This document shows, piece after piece, positions 49,564-60,314 of a DNA stretch of 64,000 nt. The DNA is from Thermococcus sp. Its GTDB lineage: Archaea > Methanobacteriota_B > Thermococci > Thermococcales > Thermococcaceae. The position numbers and the translations under genes are program-made. Within the stretch, counting starts at the first letter, position 1, and every line of letters starts with the position of its first letter. The stretch spans positions 726-64,725 of the forward strand of contig WAPO01000166.1 in NCBI GenBank assembly GCA_015520705.1, written 5' to 3'. The notes below the pieces were generated by a model that made no database searches, was not told where the DNA came from, and saw only the letters and a list, made by a program, of their open reading frames with translations.

Positions 49564-50196
49564 TCATTTTTTAACCATAACATCCGCCTTCTTCCCATCC
49601 CATGAAATTTCCAGAACAGACGAGGATATCTCTTCAAGCATTGCCAGGTGCTTGGCATCTATCAAGGTTCTGTTTATGAAGTATATTGATGTCCAGTCCT
49701 CAATTGGAAGGACACTCTGAAGTGTTAAAATTGTTCGGATGGCCTTTTCTCCGCCGAAATACAGATACTCGGCCAGACCGAATGTCAAGAAATACGCAGG
49801 CTTACCAAATTCAGTGACCAGTCTCTTTAGACAACCATAATATCTGTCCAGAAACTCTTGGGTGTCATATACGAGGGGTATCTCATTTATAACGTTCCCA
49901 TAGCTTCCCCTGCCCGGACCTATCTTTATAATTTTAATATTCCTGATGGCATCTATCAGGGCCTTATACCTCTTTCCAGATTCTTTTCTCAGGTAGTTTC
50001 TGAATGTCAGGTCTCCGACTCCCAGGAAATCATCAACTATTATCTGCTCCTCCTCGGGGATTACAGGTATGAAACTGCCCCATACGAAATCTCCAATAGG
50101 ATAATTACTGGGATATTCAACAAGCACAGTACTCCCCCTCCATATCTCGCGGAGCAGATAATCCCTAAGGGTTTCCATCTCCATAACTCCCACCAA
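49564..50196 (-). CDS. DUF257 family protein
   Basis: GSTVLVEY, IIVDDFLG, TFGLAEY pattern typical of this Thermococcales family. Confidence 0.7.
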   Translation of the reverse strand: MVGVMEMETLRDYLLREIWRGSTVLVEYPSNYPIGDFVWGSFIPVIPEEEQIIVDDFLGVGDLTFRNYLRKESGKRYKALIDAIRNIKIIKIGPGRGSYGNVINEIPLVYDTQEFLDRYYGCLKRLVTEFGKPAYFLTFGLAEYLYFGGEKAIRTILTLQSVLPIEDWTSIYFINRTLIDAKHLAMLEEISSSVLEISWDGKKADVMVKK

Positions 50197-50239
50197 AGAT
50201 TTTTAATTACGGTATTTTAAAATCTTTTAGGTGCGAAAA

Positions 50240-50563
50240 ATGGGAAGGTTTGTAGTATGGGTCAGTGAATTGGATAGCAGACTGCCGAGAAAATACGGGA
50301 GAGAAGTCCCAAGAAATCTTGCGGTGGAAAATCCAAAGGTTAGCGAGGTGGTTGAAGCCGCTGAGGCCCTGAAGATGCGTGTCATTGAGGTTGAAAGGGA
50401 TAAGCTGAATCCCAGACTGGCGGGGCTGGAAGAAAACCTGAGAAGCCATGGAAGGCTAATCATTGAAAGCAGATACGGTAAATCCAAAAGCTTACGGCTA
50501 ATAGCTCAAAAGATTAGGGAGTTCAGGAAGTCAAAGAGCAGGTCGAAGAGGAAAAGAAGGTAA
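50240..50563 (+). CDS. srp19: Signal recognition particle protein Srp19
   Basis: VVWVSELDSRLPRKYGREVP..AVENP, KSKSLRLIA. Confidence 0.9.
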   Translation: MGRFVVWVSELDSRLPRKYGREVPRNLAVENPKVSEVVEAAEALKMRVIEVERDKLNPRLAGLEENLRSHGRLIIESRYGKSKSLRLIAQKIREFRKSKSRSKRKRR

Positions 50564-50818
50564 TCACTCCTCCTCCATTTCTACTACTATCGCGGTTGTT
50601 GTGTCTATAACCCCGTCTATGTTGTGAATGTCGTGCAGGATTTTCCTTGTTAAATCCCCTAGATCAGCAGCCTCAATGTGGACTATTGCGTCATATGGTC
50701 CCGTCACTGCATCAGCCCTTGTAACTCCTGGGATCTGTCTCAGCTCTTCCATAACCCTTTCAACCTTTCCAATCTCTACAGTCAATAAAACATAGGCCCT
50801 AACCATTTTTTTCACCAC
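50564..50818 (-). CDS. Lrp/AsnC ligand-binding-domain-only protein
   Basis: RAYVLLTVEIGKV, VTGPYDAIVHIE, DGVIDTTT. Confidence 0.85.
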   Translation of the reverse strand: MVKKMVRAYVLLTVEIGKVERVMEELRQIPGVTRADAVTGPYDAIVHIEAADLGDLTRKILHDIHNIDGVIDTTTAIVVEMEEE

Positions 50819-50995
50819 CAGAGAGATTTACGGTTGTAATTATGCCCTTTATACCATTTAAGCTTTTCTGATGCCATCACTTGGATTCTGCATATATCCG
50901 TAACTGAGACTTGATGGACCTATATATAGATTCTTGAACCGAAATGCTTATTACTAAAATATCTCAAGACTTCAACGCCCATTAATTATGAAGGG

Positions 50996-53215
50996 GTGAA
51001 TCATATGAGTAAGCGTGTTTTAGGAGCCCTATTTTTGGTGGGCCTTATGGCCCTCGCTGTAGTTGCCAGCGGCTGCATTGGTGGGGGCGGAACAACCACA
51101 ACCTCACCAACAACAAGCCCATCAAAAACTAGTTCTAGCACTTCAAGTGCAACTTCAAGCTCCAGTACTGCGACTAGCACTACAACTACTGTCTCGTCCT
51201 CTGAAGCAGTTAAATATATAGAAACTCACCTTTCGGCAGCTCGTGTTATTGGAACCGAACATTACGTTGTTGTAGTTGGCCCTGAGGGGAGCGGTGCCAA
51301 GGTTGGGAATCTTCCAAACAAGCCTGTCATAATAGTCTCTTACAAAGAAAATCCCAAAAAGACCCCAACAATTAAAGAGCTCATGAACCAGTCACAGGGA
51401 TTTGGTGAGATAAACCCGGCATTCCTCCGCGATCCAGACATGGATGCCCTTATCCAGATTGCAAGAAGAGTAACTGACCCCAATATCAGGGCTGGCCTAT
51501 ACAATGCTCTTGAAATTCTCGCCAACAGAGAACTCCCGGAGATAATCCTGGGTGACAACAAAGCCGCTCGTGTTTCCTGGAACTGGGTTCACAACTGGTA
51601 TTACAACCCAGTTCTTGCTCCAAGATGGGATCTTGTGATGGAAGATAAGAATGCTCCAACGGTTAGCACCGGTATTGGAAGCTACAAAAACGGACCGGGA
51701 GTCATTTCCATAGCCACATTTGGATGGCCAAGGTCATTTGATCCTGCGTTTGACTACGAGACCTTCGGATGGGAACTCTACCACAACGTCGGTGATTCAC
51801 TGGTCACCTACTGGAAGAACGAGACCACCAAAATCTCACCTGATCTGGCCGTTGCATGGGCCCACAACAAGGACGGAACTGTCTGGTACTTCGTCATAAG
51901 GGGCGGTGTCAAGGCATATGATCCAAAGACGGGACAGCTCTATCCGATCAACGCCACCGACGTTGAGTTCGAGTTCTGGCGTGTCCTGAGAGGAGGTTAC
52001 TCCGTTAGCTGGATGCTTGGCACGTACACCAACCTGAGCGCCAGCTACGCCATGAACGATCAGGAGTTCGAGCAGGTTCTCAAGAACGGAGGTGTCATCG
52101 CAGACTTCAACGGCAAGACCAAGGAAGTAACATCCATGCAGGACCTCCTCAGCTTCTTCGGGTACAACGGACAGACAGCCGGTGTATACAAGCTGGTGCT
52201 ACCGCATCCGTATGGCGGTATCCTGAGCGTACTGGCCGACCCGTACCTCATGGTCATCCCCGCAAAGTACATGCTCGGCGACAAGTATGAGGAAGCCATG
52301 AAGGCGGCAGAGTGGGGTAAGAAGCCTGACGCATGGAACAAGTACGTCCAGAAAGGTTCCAACGACCCGATCCACAAGATGCTGCAGGACAATATGATAG
52401 GCGTTTTCACCGGCCCATTCTACATCAAAGAGGGCAAGCAGAACAGCTATCTTGTTCTCCAGAGGAATCCATACTACTGGAACGCTACAGTGTGGAGCCA
52501 GCTTGAGAAGAAGAATCCCAACTTGGTGACAACTAAGACTGTGATTTACATACTGTCCAACGATGCCAACACGAGAATAAGCCTTTTCCAGAAAGGAACT
52601 GCAGATATCGTTGCAGTTCCATTAACAAGACTTAACGCTGTCGAGAACCTCCAGCTTCAGGGATTCAAGTCAAGGATTGACTCCTTCATTACCCCCGACA
52701 TGGTCTTCATTGTCCTCAATGCACAGAAAGAACCTCTGAACAACGAGCTTGTCAGGCAGGCACTTGCCTGGGCTGTTCCATACCAGCAGGTGTATAAGTC
52801 AGTCTACAACGGCTATATGGTTCCAAACTATGGTCCTATACCAATCGGCTGGTTAGGTTATACCGAGTACAACATGACCAAGTATAAATACAACCTGCAG
52901 AATGCCCTCAACCTCCTTAAGAAGTCAGGGATAGACCCGACAAAGTACACCATAACAATCTACTACAACAGTGGAAACACACAGCGCCAGCAACTGGCGT
53001 CGCTGCTCCAGAACAGCTGGGGACAGCTGGGATTCAAGATATCAGTAACACCACTATCCTGGCCAACACTCCTATCCAAGACGGGTAGCGGTGACTTCCA
53101 AGTGTATATCGTTGGATGGGCACCAGACTTCTTAGACCCAGACGACTACATTGGACCCTTCCTGCAGAGTGCAGTCGCATTTGACAGCTTGAATTACAAG
53201 GTTATAGGTGGCTGA
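50996..53215 (+). CDS. Oligopeptide-type ABC substrate-binding lipoprotein (family 5), apparently circularly permuted
   Basis: Lipobox VASGC, Thr/Ser linker, WPRSFDPA, TGPFY, GWAPDFLDPD. Confidence 0.9.
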   Translation: MNHMSKRVLGALFLVGLMALAVVASGCIGGGGTTTTSPTTSPSKTSSSTSSATSSSSTATSTTTTVSSSEAVKYIETHLSAARVIGTEHYVVVVGPEGSGAKVGNLPNKPVIIVSYKENPKKTPTIKELMNQSQGFGEINPAFLRDPDMDALIQIARRVTDPNIRAGLYNALEILANRELPEIILGDNKAARVSWNWVHNWYYNPVLAPRWDLVMEDKNAPTVSTGIGSYKNGPGVISIATFGWPRSFDPAFDYETFGWELYHNVGDSLVTYWKNETTKISPDLAVAWAHNKDGTVWYFVIRGGVKAYDPKTGQLYPINATDVEFEFWRVLRGGYSVSWMLGTYTNLSASYAMNDQEFEQVLKNGGVIADFNGKTKEVTSMQDLLSFFGYNGQTAGVYKLVLPHPYGGILSVLADPYLMVIPAKYMLGDKYEEAMKAAEWGKKPDAWNKYVQKGSNDPIHKMLQDNMIGVFTGPFYIKEGKQNSYLVLQRNPYYWNATVWSQLEKKNPNLVTTKTVIYILSNDANTRISLFQKGTADIVAVPLTRLNAVENLQLQGFKSRIDSFITPDMVFIVLNAQKEPLNNELVRQALAWAVPYQQVYKSVYNGYMVPNYGPIPIGWLGYTEYNMTKYKYNLQNALNLLKKSGIDPTKYTITIYYNSGNTQRQQLASLLQNSWGQLGFKISVTPLSWPTLLSKTGSGDFQVYIVGWAPDFLDPDDYIGPFLQSAVAFDSLNYKVIGG

Positions 53216-53285
53216 TTTTTCTTTTTTATGTTTTTATTATGTTTGTAACTGTGTTAAAAGCAAAAAAAGTGAAAGGGGGATATAA

Positions 53286-54287
53286 ATGGCGGGATTGGGG
53301 AAGTTTTTAGTAAGGAGAGGTCTCACATTCGTTCCTACTCTGATAGGTGTCACTCTCATAGTGTTTATAATCGCTTATGTTATTCCTGCTAACCCTGTAA
53401 GGGCGTGGGCAGGGGGTGAAAAGGCTACCAAGGCTGCGGTAGAACTTATAAAAGCGGAATACCACTTAAATCAGCCTTGGTATGATCAATATCTGTTTCT
53501 CATCAAGGGGCTTTTCACAAACAGCCTTCTTGATCCCCTAAATCAGGTGCCGGTATTTACCAACATAGGCAATCGCTTTATAGTGACGTTCCAGCTAGCG
53601 CTGTTTGCATTTTTCTTTGTAGTGCTTATGGGTCTGCCGCTGGGAATAATCTCCGCAATCAAACGTAACTCAATAACTGATATGGTTCTCAGGATTTTAG
53701 CCTTAGTTTTCATTTCGACACCCATCTATGTTATGGCATACCTTTTCATATGGGTGTTTTTCATCCACTGGAATCTAACCACACTTGCCGGAATACCGCC
53801 TGCTCCACCCCATCAAATAACCCATATACCTGTCATAGATTCAATTATAACACTTAACTGGAGCAATTTTGTGGAGCAGGTTCAGCGGTTCTGGCTCCCA
53901 GGTTTCACACTGGGAATAGCTGCCGCTGGTGTTCTTATGAGGTTCACAAGAAACTCCTTCTTGGAAGCCTACAGCAGGGATAGCACCCTCTTCCTTAAAG
54001 CTAAAGGTGTTCCAAAGAGCAGACTTTACAGACATGTCCTCAAAAATGCGCTGGTTCCAGTTATAACGATTTTAGCCCTGCAGTTTGGAGGGCTACTTGC
54101 GGGAACCCCAATAACAGAGACCATATTCAACCTCCCGGGGATAGGTCTTTATGCCCTTCAATCTGTGATGTACCTAGATTTTCCAGCGCTGATCGGTGTT
54201 ACTTTCCTATACGCCATAGTTTTTGTAACAGCTAACCTGATAGCCGATATACTCTATGCGCTGGTTGATCCAAGGGTAAGATTCTGA
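53286..54287 (+). CDS. Peptide ABC permease (OppB/DppB)
   Basis: LKAKGV..RHVLKNAL EAA loop; ETIFNLPGIG. Confidence 0.92.
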   Translation: MAGLGKFLVRRGLTFVPTLIGVTLIVFIIAYVIPANPVRAWAGGEKATKAAVELIKAEYHLNQPWYDQYLFLIKGLFTNSLLDPLNQVPVFTNIGNRFIVTFQLALFAFFFVVLMGLPLGIISAIKRNSITDMVLRILALVFISTPIYVMAYLFIWVFFIHWNLTTLAGIPPAPPHQITHIPVIDSIITLNWSNFVEQVQRFWLPGFTLGIAAAGVLMRFTRNSFLEAYSRDSTLFLKAKGVPKSRLYRHVLKNALVPVITILALQFGGLLAGTPITETIFNLPGIGLYALQSVMYLDFPALIGVTFLYAIVFVTANLIADILYALVDPRVRF

Positions 54288-54298
54288 GGTGATCAAAA

Positions 54299-55510
54299 AT
54301 GGGGAATAATACAAAAGAGGCATACGAGGAAAGGGAAGAATACGAAATGTCAATACTTGACAAAATAAGTGACAAGATTATAGATGGCGTGGCCTTATTT
54401 ATAAATCTGATTAAGAGGGACTGGAAAAAAAGAAACCAGTCTAAAATTCAAGAATGGAAGCTGATGGCATACGCTCTTAATAGATCCCCCCCTGCACTCC
54501 TAGGTTTGGTGATAGTTATAGCTTATATAATCCTCGGAATTATAGGGCCTTACCTAGCATCTTGGCCCTATGATTTTTTCCCAGTCATGTATAATTCCAC
54601 TTCAAGACTGGCTGCACCGGGATCAAATGTCTTTCTTAATGTTACCATGGTAAAGAACTGGCATGTAATACACTATACCACTACAGTGCACTATTCAATC
54701 GGCTCGGATCTTTTTGGCAGGGATCTCTTAAGCGTCCTCCTAGCCGGCGCCAGAACAGCATTAGTGCTGGATGTTTTCATAATTCTCATTGGACCAACCT
54801 TTGGTATAATACTGGGCCTCATCTCTGGGTACCATGGCGGTGCCATTGACGAGATAATAATGCGTATAACTGATATGTTCCTAGCGTTCCCGGGTCTGAT
54901 ACTGGCTATTGCACTCTCAGCAGTTCTCCCTGGGAGAATCCAGAACTTTTTGAATTACCATCCATTTGCACAAACGTTAGTTCTCAAACTGTTTGCACTG
55001 GAGCCGAGGGATGTTAATAATCTTGGAAAACTACTTGCAGTCTTCGTTGCCCTTATAATCGTCTGGTGGCCAGGATACACGAGGATAGCCCGTGGTTCAA
55101 CGCTGACAGAGAGGGAGAACCTGTATGTTGAAGCCGCCAGGGCAATAGGCCTCTCATCAAGAACAATAATGTTCAGACATATCTTACCAAACATAATAGG
55201 TCCCATACTTGTCATGATAACAATGGATTTTGGTAACGTCATCCTTACAGAGGCAGGTCTGAGTTTCCTGGGCTTGGGAGCAGTTCCCCCAATACCCGAC
55301 TGGGGTAATCTAATCAATCAGGGTGCTCAGTATTTCCCCCAGGCATGGTGGCTCGTTGCGTTCCCAGGTATTGTTATAGTCACGGTGGTGCTTGGATGGA
55401 ATCTCCTTGGTGATGGTCTCAGGGACATCCTCGATCCAAGGACGAGACGTAGTATGGAGTTTAAGGTAAAGAAAAAGAGCAGAACCGAGGGAGGTGAGAG
55501 CAATGCCTGA
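54299..55510 (+). CDS. Peptide ABC permease (OppC/DppC)
   Basis: GSDLFGRD, YVEAARAIG, EAGLSFLGLG, LLGDGLRD. Confidence 0.92.
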   Translation: MGNNTKEAYEEREEYEMSILDKISDKIIDGVALFINLIKRDWKKRNQSKIQEWKLMAYALNRSPPALLGLVIVIAYIILGIIGPYLASWPYDFFPVMYNSTSRLAAPGSNVFLNVTMVKNWHVIHYTTTVHYSIGSDLFGRDLLSVLLAGARTALVLDVFIILIGPTFGIILGLISGYHGGAIDEIIMRITDMFLAFPGLILAIALSAVLPGRIQNFLNYHPFAQTLVLKLFALEPRDVNNLGKLLAVFVALIIVWWPGYTRIARGSTLTERENLYVEAARAIGLSSRTIMFRHILPNIIGPILVMITMDFGNVILTEAGLSFLGLGAVPPIPDWGNLINQGAQYFPQAWWLVAFPGIVIVTVVLGWNLLGDGLRDILDPRTRRSMEFKVKKKSRTEGGESNA

Positions 55511-56483
55511 ACCCCTAATTGAGATCAAGAATCTTAGCGTTTACTTCTACACATACGCCGGCATAGTCAAGGCCATAGAGGATGTATCCTTTGACATATA
55601 CCGCGGTGAGACCCTTGCACTCGTTGGTGAAACTGGCTGTGGAAAGAGCGTAACTTCAAGGGCAATAACCCGGCTCATAGAAAGCCCTGGCAGGATAGTG
55701 AATGGACAGGTTATTTACCATAAGGATGATGGCTCAAAGGTTGACCTCCTCACACTCAGTGATGAAGAGATACGAGAAATCAGGGGAAATGAGATAGCGT
55801 ATATTTTCCAAGATCCCCACTCATCTCTCGACCCTCTTTATACAATCGGCTATCAGGTTGGAGAAGCTATGGAAGTCCACGGCAAGGTGAAAAACATTAA
55901 GGAAGGCATAACCAAAGCGGTCAATGTGCTTCGTGAAGTTATGCTCCCGGATCCTGAAAACAGGGTAAAGAATTATCCCCATGAGCTAAGTGGGGGAATG
56001 AAGCAACGTGTTGTCATAGGTGTGGGAATAGCCAACAATCCTCGCCTGCTTATAGCAGATGAGCCAACAACAGCACTGGATGTTACGGTTCAGGCTCAGA
56101 TACTTGACCTGCTTAACGAACTCAAGAAAAAGTATAACGCAACCGTTCTACTCATAACCCACAACCTTGGTGTTGTAGCAGAAACAGCCCAGCGTGTTGT
56201 CGTCATGTATGCAGGCAAAATTGTTGAGATTGGAACCGTCGACCAGGTTTTCCATAACCCTCTGCATCCCTATACTGCTGCGCTTCTAAAGGCTGTACCA
56301 AACCCCCTCGGAGAGATAGAAACTCTTGAGAGCATTCCAGGAACAGTTCCAAACCTGATAACACCCCCAACTGGTTGCCGCTTCCATCCAAGGTGCCCGT
56401 TTGCAACCCAGACATGCAGAACAGAAGTGCCTTCACTGAAAGAGATTGAACCCAACCATTTTGTAGCCTGCCACAGATATTGA
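55503..56483 (+). CDS. Peptide ABC ATPase (OppD/DppD)
   Basis: GETGCGKS, LSGGMKQR, ADEPTTALD, GCRFHPRC. Confidence 0.94.
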   Translation: MPEPLIEIKNLSVYFYTYAGIVKAIEDVSFDIYRGETLALVGETGCGKSVTSRAITRLIESPGRIVNGQVIYHKDDGSKVDLLTLSDEEIREIRGNEIAYIFQDPHSSLDPLYTIGYQVGEAMEVHGKVKNIKEGITKAVNVLREVMLPDPENRVKNYPHELSGGMKQRVVIGVGIANNPRLLIADEPTTALDVTVQAQILDLLNELKKKYNATVLLITHNLGVVAETAQRVVVMYAGKIVEIGTVDQVFHNPLHPYTAALLKAVPNPLGEIETLESIPGTVPNLITPPTGCRFHPRCPFATQTCRTEVPSLKEIEPNHFVACHRY

Positions 56484-56493
56484 GGTGAGAATC

Positions 56494-57468
56494 ATGGAGC
56501 CAGTGCTTAGTGTTGAAAACTTGAAAAAATATTTCCCGGTTAGAAGTCTCCTAAGAACCATCGCATGGGTAAAAGCCGTTGATGGTGTTAGTTTTGATAT
56601 ATATCCAGGTGAAACCTTTGGTCTCGTTGGTGAAAGTGGCTGCGGAAAAACCACCACCGGCAGAACAATATTAAGATTGATACAACCAACATCTGGCAGG
56701 ATATTATTCCAGGGGAAAGATGTTACCAAACTTAAAGGCAAAGAGCTCCTGTGGTTCAGAAGGCATGCTCAGATAATGTTCCAAGACCCCTACTCATCAC
56801 TTGACCCGAGACAGACGGTCTTCAATACCATAATGGAGCCAGTTAAGTTTCATGGCATAAAAGTTGATGACCCTGAAGAGTTCGTGATAAAGCTCCTCGA
56901 AAGCGTCGGACTTAATGAGATGCATCTCTACAGGTACCCCCATGAGTTCTCGGGAGGTCAGAGGCAGAGAATAGCCCTCGCCAAAATTCTCGCCCTTAGA
57001 CCTGATTTTGTGGTTCTTGATGAACCTACCTCTGCCCTTGATGTCTCTGTGCAGGCAAACATCCTCAACACCCTCAAGGAGCTGCAGAAGGATTATGGCT
57101 TCTCTTACCTCTTCATCAGCCATGACCTCGGTGTTGTCAAATACATGAGCCACAGAATGGGCGTTATGTATCTGGGGAAGTTGGTGGAGGTCGGACCTTC
57201 TACAAAGATATTTGAAAATCCGCTCCATCCCTACACCCAGATGCTCCTCTCCGCAATCCCTGTCCCCGATCCGGAGATTGCCAGGGAGCTGAAGGCAAAG
57301 AGGAAGATGGTGAAGGGAGAACCGCCAAGCCCAATAAACCCGCCGGCGGGATGCAGATTCCACCCGAGATGCCCATTTGCAAAGGACATATGCAGGAGGG
57401 AAGAGCCTCCTTTTGTCAAAGTTGAGGACGACCATTACGTCGCTTGCTGGCTTTATGCAAAGTCCTGA
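56494..57468 (+). CDS. Peptide ABC ATPase (OppF/DppF)
   Basis: GESGCGKT, FSGGQRQR, LDEPTSALD, GCRFHPRC. Confidence 0.94.
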   Translation: MEPVLSVENLKKYFPVRSLLRTIAWVKAVDGVSFDIYPGETFGLVGESGCGKTTTGRTILRLIQPTSGRILFQGKDVTKLKGKELLWFRRHAQIMFQDPYSSLDPRQTVFNTIMEPVKFHGIKVDDPEEFVIKLLESVGLNEMHLYRYPHEFSGGQRQRIALAKILALRPDFVVLDEPTSALDVSVQANILNTLKELQKDYGFSYLFISHDLGVVKYMSHRMGVMYLGKLVEVGPSTKIFENPLHPYTQMLLSAIPVPDPEIARELKAKRKMVKGEPPSPINPPAGCRFHPRCPFAKDICRREEPPFVKVEDDHYVACWLYAKS

Positions 57469-57470
57469 TT

Positions 57471-58058
57471 TTATCCATCATCCTTCTCCCATTTTTCAAG
57501 GAGCTCCCTTTTGAAAGACTCATCGAACATCATCAGCTGGGTGTATATTTTATCCTTGTTTCCATGTCTATCAAAAACCTCGCTTCCTTCGAGACGCACA
57601 TCATAGTAGACATACCTCAGAGGCTGAATTGAGACTCTGTCCAACTCCTCCTCCCTTTTTACTCCCAGAACTTTTCTGAAAATTGTGAGGGCCATCATGG
57701 CCTCTCTGCTCTCCTCAGCAAGCTCCTCGTCCTTTTCGATATGCCTCTGGTGTCCTGTTGGTATTCCTAGAAACCTCAGTATATTCCATCTCCTTATGTA
57801 TCTAACTCTCTCGTTAAATTTTTCCCTAGAACGCTCGTATGATGCAGTAAAAGCTCCTTTAAGGAATTCTGCGAGCTCATCCATCCCGAGGAGGGGCTCC
57901 AGCGCCCTTTCTCCGGGCTTGTCAGAGTAGAGCAAAGCGTTGTAGGGCCTTATCAGAACAGCTACCCTCTCCTCTTTCTCAACGGTCTTTGTGAAGTGCG
58001 CGTCTATGGCATATAGAGTGCCGTTGATCTTGAATACCAGATATGGAATACTCATCAT
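57471..58058 (-). CDS. Hypothetical protein
   Basis: About 195 aa from MMSIPY; host-like codons; divergent from hel308. Confidence 0.65.
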   Translation of the reverse strand: MMSIPYLVFKINGTLYAIDAHFTKTVEKEERVAVLIRPYNALLYSDKPGERALEPLLGMDELAEFLKGAFTASYERSREKFNERVRYIRRWNILRFLGIPTGHQRHIEKDEELAEESREAMMALTIFRKVLGVKREEELDRVSIQPLRYVYYDVRLEGSEVFDRHGNKDKIYTQLMMFDESFKRELLEKWEKDDG

Positions 58059-58116
58059 GGCACTCCAATTTAACCAAAAGCATATAAAACGGTTTCTCCC
58101 ATTCATCTCGATTGGA

Positions 58117-60279
58117 ATGAAGATTGATGAACTCCCTGTCGACGAGAGGATAATAAGGCTCATCAAGGAGAGAGGAATAGAGCAGCTCTACCCTCCCCAG
58201 GCTGAAGCCCTGAAGACGGGCGTGCTGGAAGGAAAGAACCTCGTTCTGGCCATCCCAACGGCGAGCGGAAAGACTCTGGTTGCTGAAATCGTCATGATAA
58301 ACAAGCTTCTCAGGGAAGGCGGAAAAGTCGTGTATCTCGTTCCACTTAAAGCTCTGGCCGAGGAGAAATACCGGGAATTCAAAGTATGGGAGAGCCTTGG
58401 ACTCAGAGTTGCCGTAACTACCGGAGATTACGACAGCGCGGACAACTGGCTGGGCAGATACGACATCATAATATCCACATCGGAAAAGTTCGACTCCCTT
58501 CTAAGGCACAGGGCCGGCTGGATAAGGGATGTAAAGCTCATAATCGCCGATGAAATCCACCTCATAGGCTCCTATGACAGGGGAGCAACGCTTGAGATGA
58601 TTCTCTCACATATGGTGGACAGGGCTCAGATCCTCGGGCTAAGCGCCACGGTTGGAAACGCTGAGGAACTCGCTGAATGGCTCAACGCTAACCTTGTTGT
58701 GAGTGAATGGAGACCTGTCAGGCTTAAGAAGGGCGTCTTTGCACACGGCGAGCTGTTCTGGGATGATGGCAGAATTGAGAGGCTGCCCCCCCAGTGGGAT
58801 TCTCTGGTTTTGAGTGCAGTAAAAATTGGAAAACAGGCTCTGGTTTTTGTGAACACCCGGCGTTCAGCTGAAAGGGAAGCCCTAAACCTCTCATCCAAGG
58901 TCTACAGACTGCTGACAAAGCCGGAAGCCAGATATCTGAAGGAGCTCGCTGATTCAATCGAAAGCAACCCCACCAATGACAGGCTTAAGGAGGCCCTCAT
59001 TAGGGGGGTTGCATTCCACCATGCCGGGCTGGGGAGAAGGGAGCGCACGCTTATTGAAGAGGCATTCAGGGAGGGGTGGATCAAGGCCATAACAGCGACG
59101 CCTACGCTGGCTATGGGCGTCAACCTGCCCTCCTTCAGGGTCATAATTCGCGATACGAAGCGCTATTCGAACTTCGGGTGGAGCGATATACCTGTCCTTG
59201 AGATACAGCAGATGATGGGCAGGGCAGGAAGACCAAAATACGACAAGGAAGGGGAAGCCATTATAGTCGCAAAGACCGAAGACCCCGGGGAGCTGATGAA
59301 GAAATACATACAGGGAAAGCCCGAAAAGCTGTTTTCAATGCTGGCCAACGAAGCGGCATTCAGAAGCCAGATTCTGGCGCTGATTACAAACTTCGGAGTG
59401 GAAAGCTTCCAGGAGCTCCTCAATTTTCTCGGGAAAACCTTCTACTACCACCAGAGAAAGAATATGGATGCTCTTCATGAAAAAGCTAAAAGAATCGTCT
59501 ATTTTCTCATTGAAAACGAGTTCATTGATCTGGACTTGAATGAGCGCTTTATAGCACTGCCTTTTGGAATAAGGACTTCCCAGCTATACATAGACCCCAT
59601 AACGGCCAAAAAGTTCAAGGAAGCAGTTCCAAAGCTCAATGAGAACCCGAATCCCCTTGGAGTCTTCCAGCTCCTCGCATCGACACCTGATATGGGAAGC
59701 CTCAGAATCAAGAAGAAGGAGATGGAGGACTATCTGGATTATGCCTATGAGATGGAGGAGCATCTCTATGAGAGCATCCCCTACTGGGAAGACTACGGCT
59801 TCCAGAGCTTCCTTGGTGAGGTGAAGACGGCAAAGCTCCTCCTCGACTGGGTCAACGAGGTTCCGGATGTGAGAATACTTGAAACCTACGGTATAGACTC
59901 CGGGGATTTATACAGAATCCTCGAACTGGCCGACTGGCTCATGTATTCGCTGATAGAAATCTACAGGCTCTTTGATCCGAAGGATGACGTTCTGGGCTTC
60001 CTGAGAGATTTGCACCTCAGGGTGAAGCACGGTGTCAGGGAGGAGCTTCTCGAACTTGTCAGGCTTCCCCAAATAGGAAGAAGGAGGGCAAGGGCGCTCT
60101 ATAATGCCGGCTTCAGAACAGTGGAGGATATAATAAAAGCGAAGCCGAGCGAGCTGCTGGCTGTTGAGGGCATAGGAAGGAAGGTCCTTGAGGCAATCTA
60201 CAGGCATTTTGGAGCCGAACTGCCGAAGATGGGAGAGAGAAGAAGCCGCAGGGGGACGCTGGATGACTTCCTGAAGTAG
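58117..60279 (+). CDS. hel308: Ski2-like ATP-dependent DNA helicase Hel308/Hjm
   Basis: PTASGKT, DEIH, SAT, FHHAGL, QMMGRAGRP, C-terminal HhH and TLDDF. Confidence 0.96.
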   Translation: MKIDELPVDERIIRLIKERGIEQLYPPQAEALKTGVLEGKNLVLAIPTASGKTLVAEIVMINKLLREGGKVVYLVPLKALAEEKYREFKVWESLGLRVAVTTGDYDSADNWLGRYDIIISTSEKFDSLLRHRAGWIRDVKLIIADEIHLIGSYDRGATLEMILSHMVDRAQILGLSATVGNAEELAEWLNANLVVSEWRPVRLKKGVFAHGELFWDDGRIERLPPQWDSLVLSAVKIGKQALVFVNTRRSAEREALNLSSKVYRLLTKPEARYLKELADSIESNPTNDRLKEALIRGVAFHHAGLGRRERTLIEEAFREGWIKAITATPTLAMGVNLPSFRVIIRDTKRYSNFGWSDIPVLEIQQMMGRAGRPKYDKEGEAIIVAKTEDPGELMKKYIQGKPEKLFSMLANEAAFRSQILALITNFGVESFQELLNFLGKTFYYHQRKNMDALHEKAKRIVYFLIENEFIDLDLNERFIALPFGIRTSQLYIDPITAKKFKEAVPKLNENPNPLGVFQLLASTPDMGSLRIKKKEMEDYLDYAYEMEEHLYESIPYWEDYGFQSFLGEVKTAKLLLDWVNEVPDVRILETYGIDSGDLYRILELADWLMYSLIEIYRLFDPKDDVLGFLRDLHLRVKHGVREELLELVRLPQIGRRRARALYNAGFRTVEDIIKAKPSELLAVEGIGRKVLEAIYRHFGAELPKMGERRSRRGTLDDFLK

Positions 60280-60314
60280 AGTTAAGCTTTTAAACCTCTC
60301 CCTGATAACTCAGC

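Noticed and set aside
51090-51200. ACA/TCA-rich repeats
   Set aside because: Ordinary Thr/Ser linker of an archaeal lipoprotein.
56797-57435. 212-aa antisense ORF and the many 60-160-aa overlapping ORFs in the track
   Set aside because: They overlap well-supported genes and have no independent signals.
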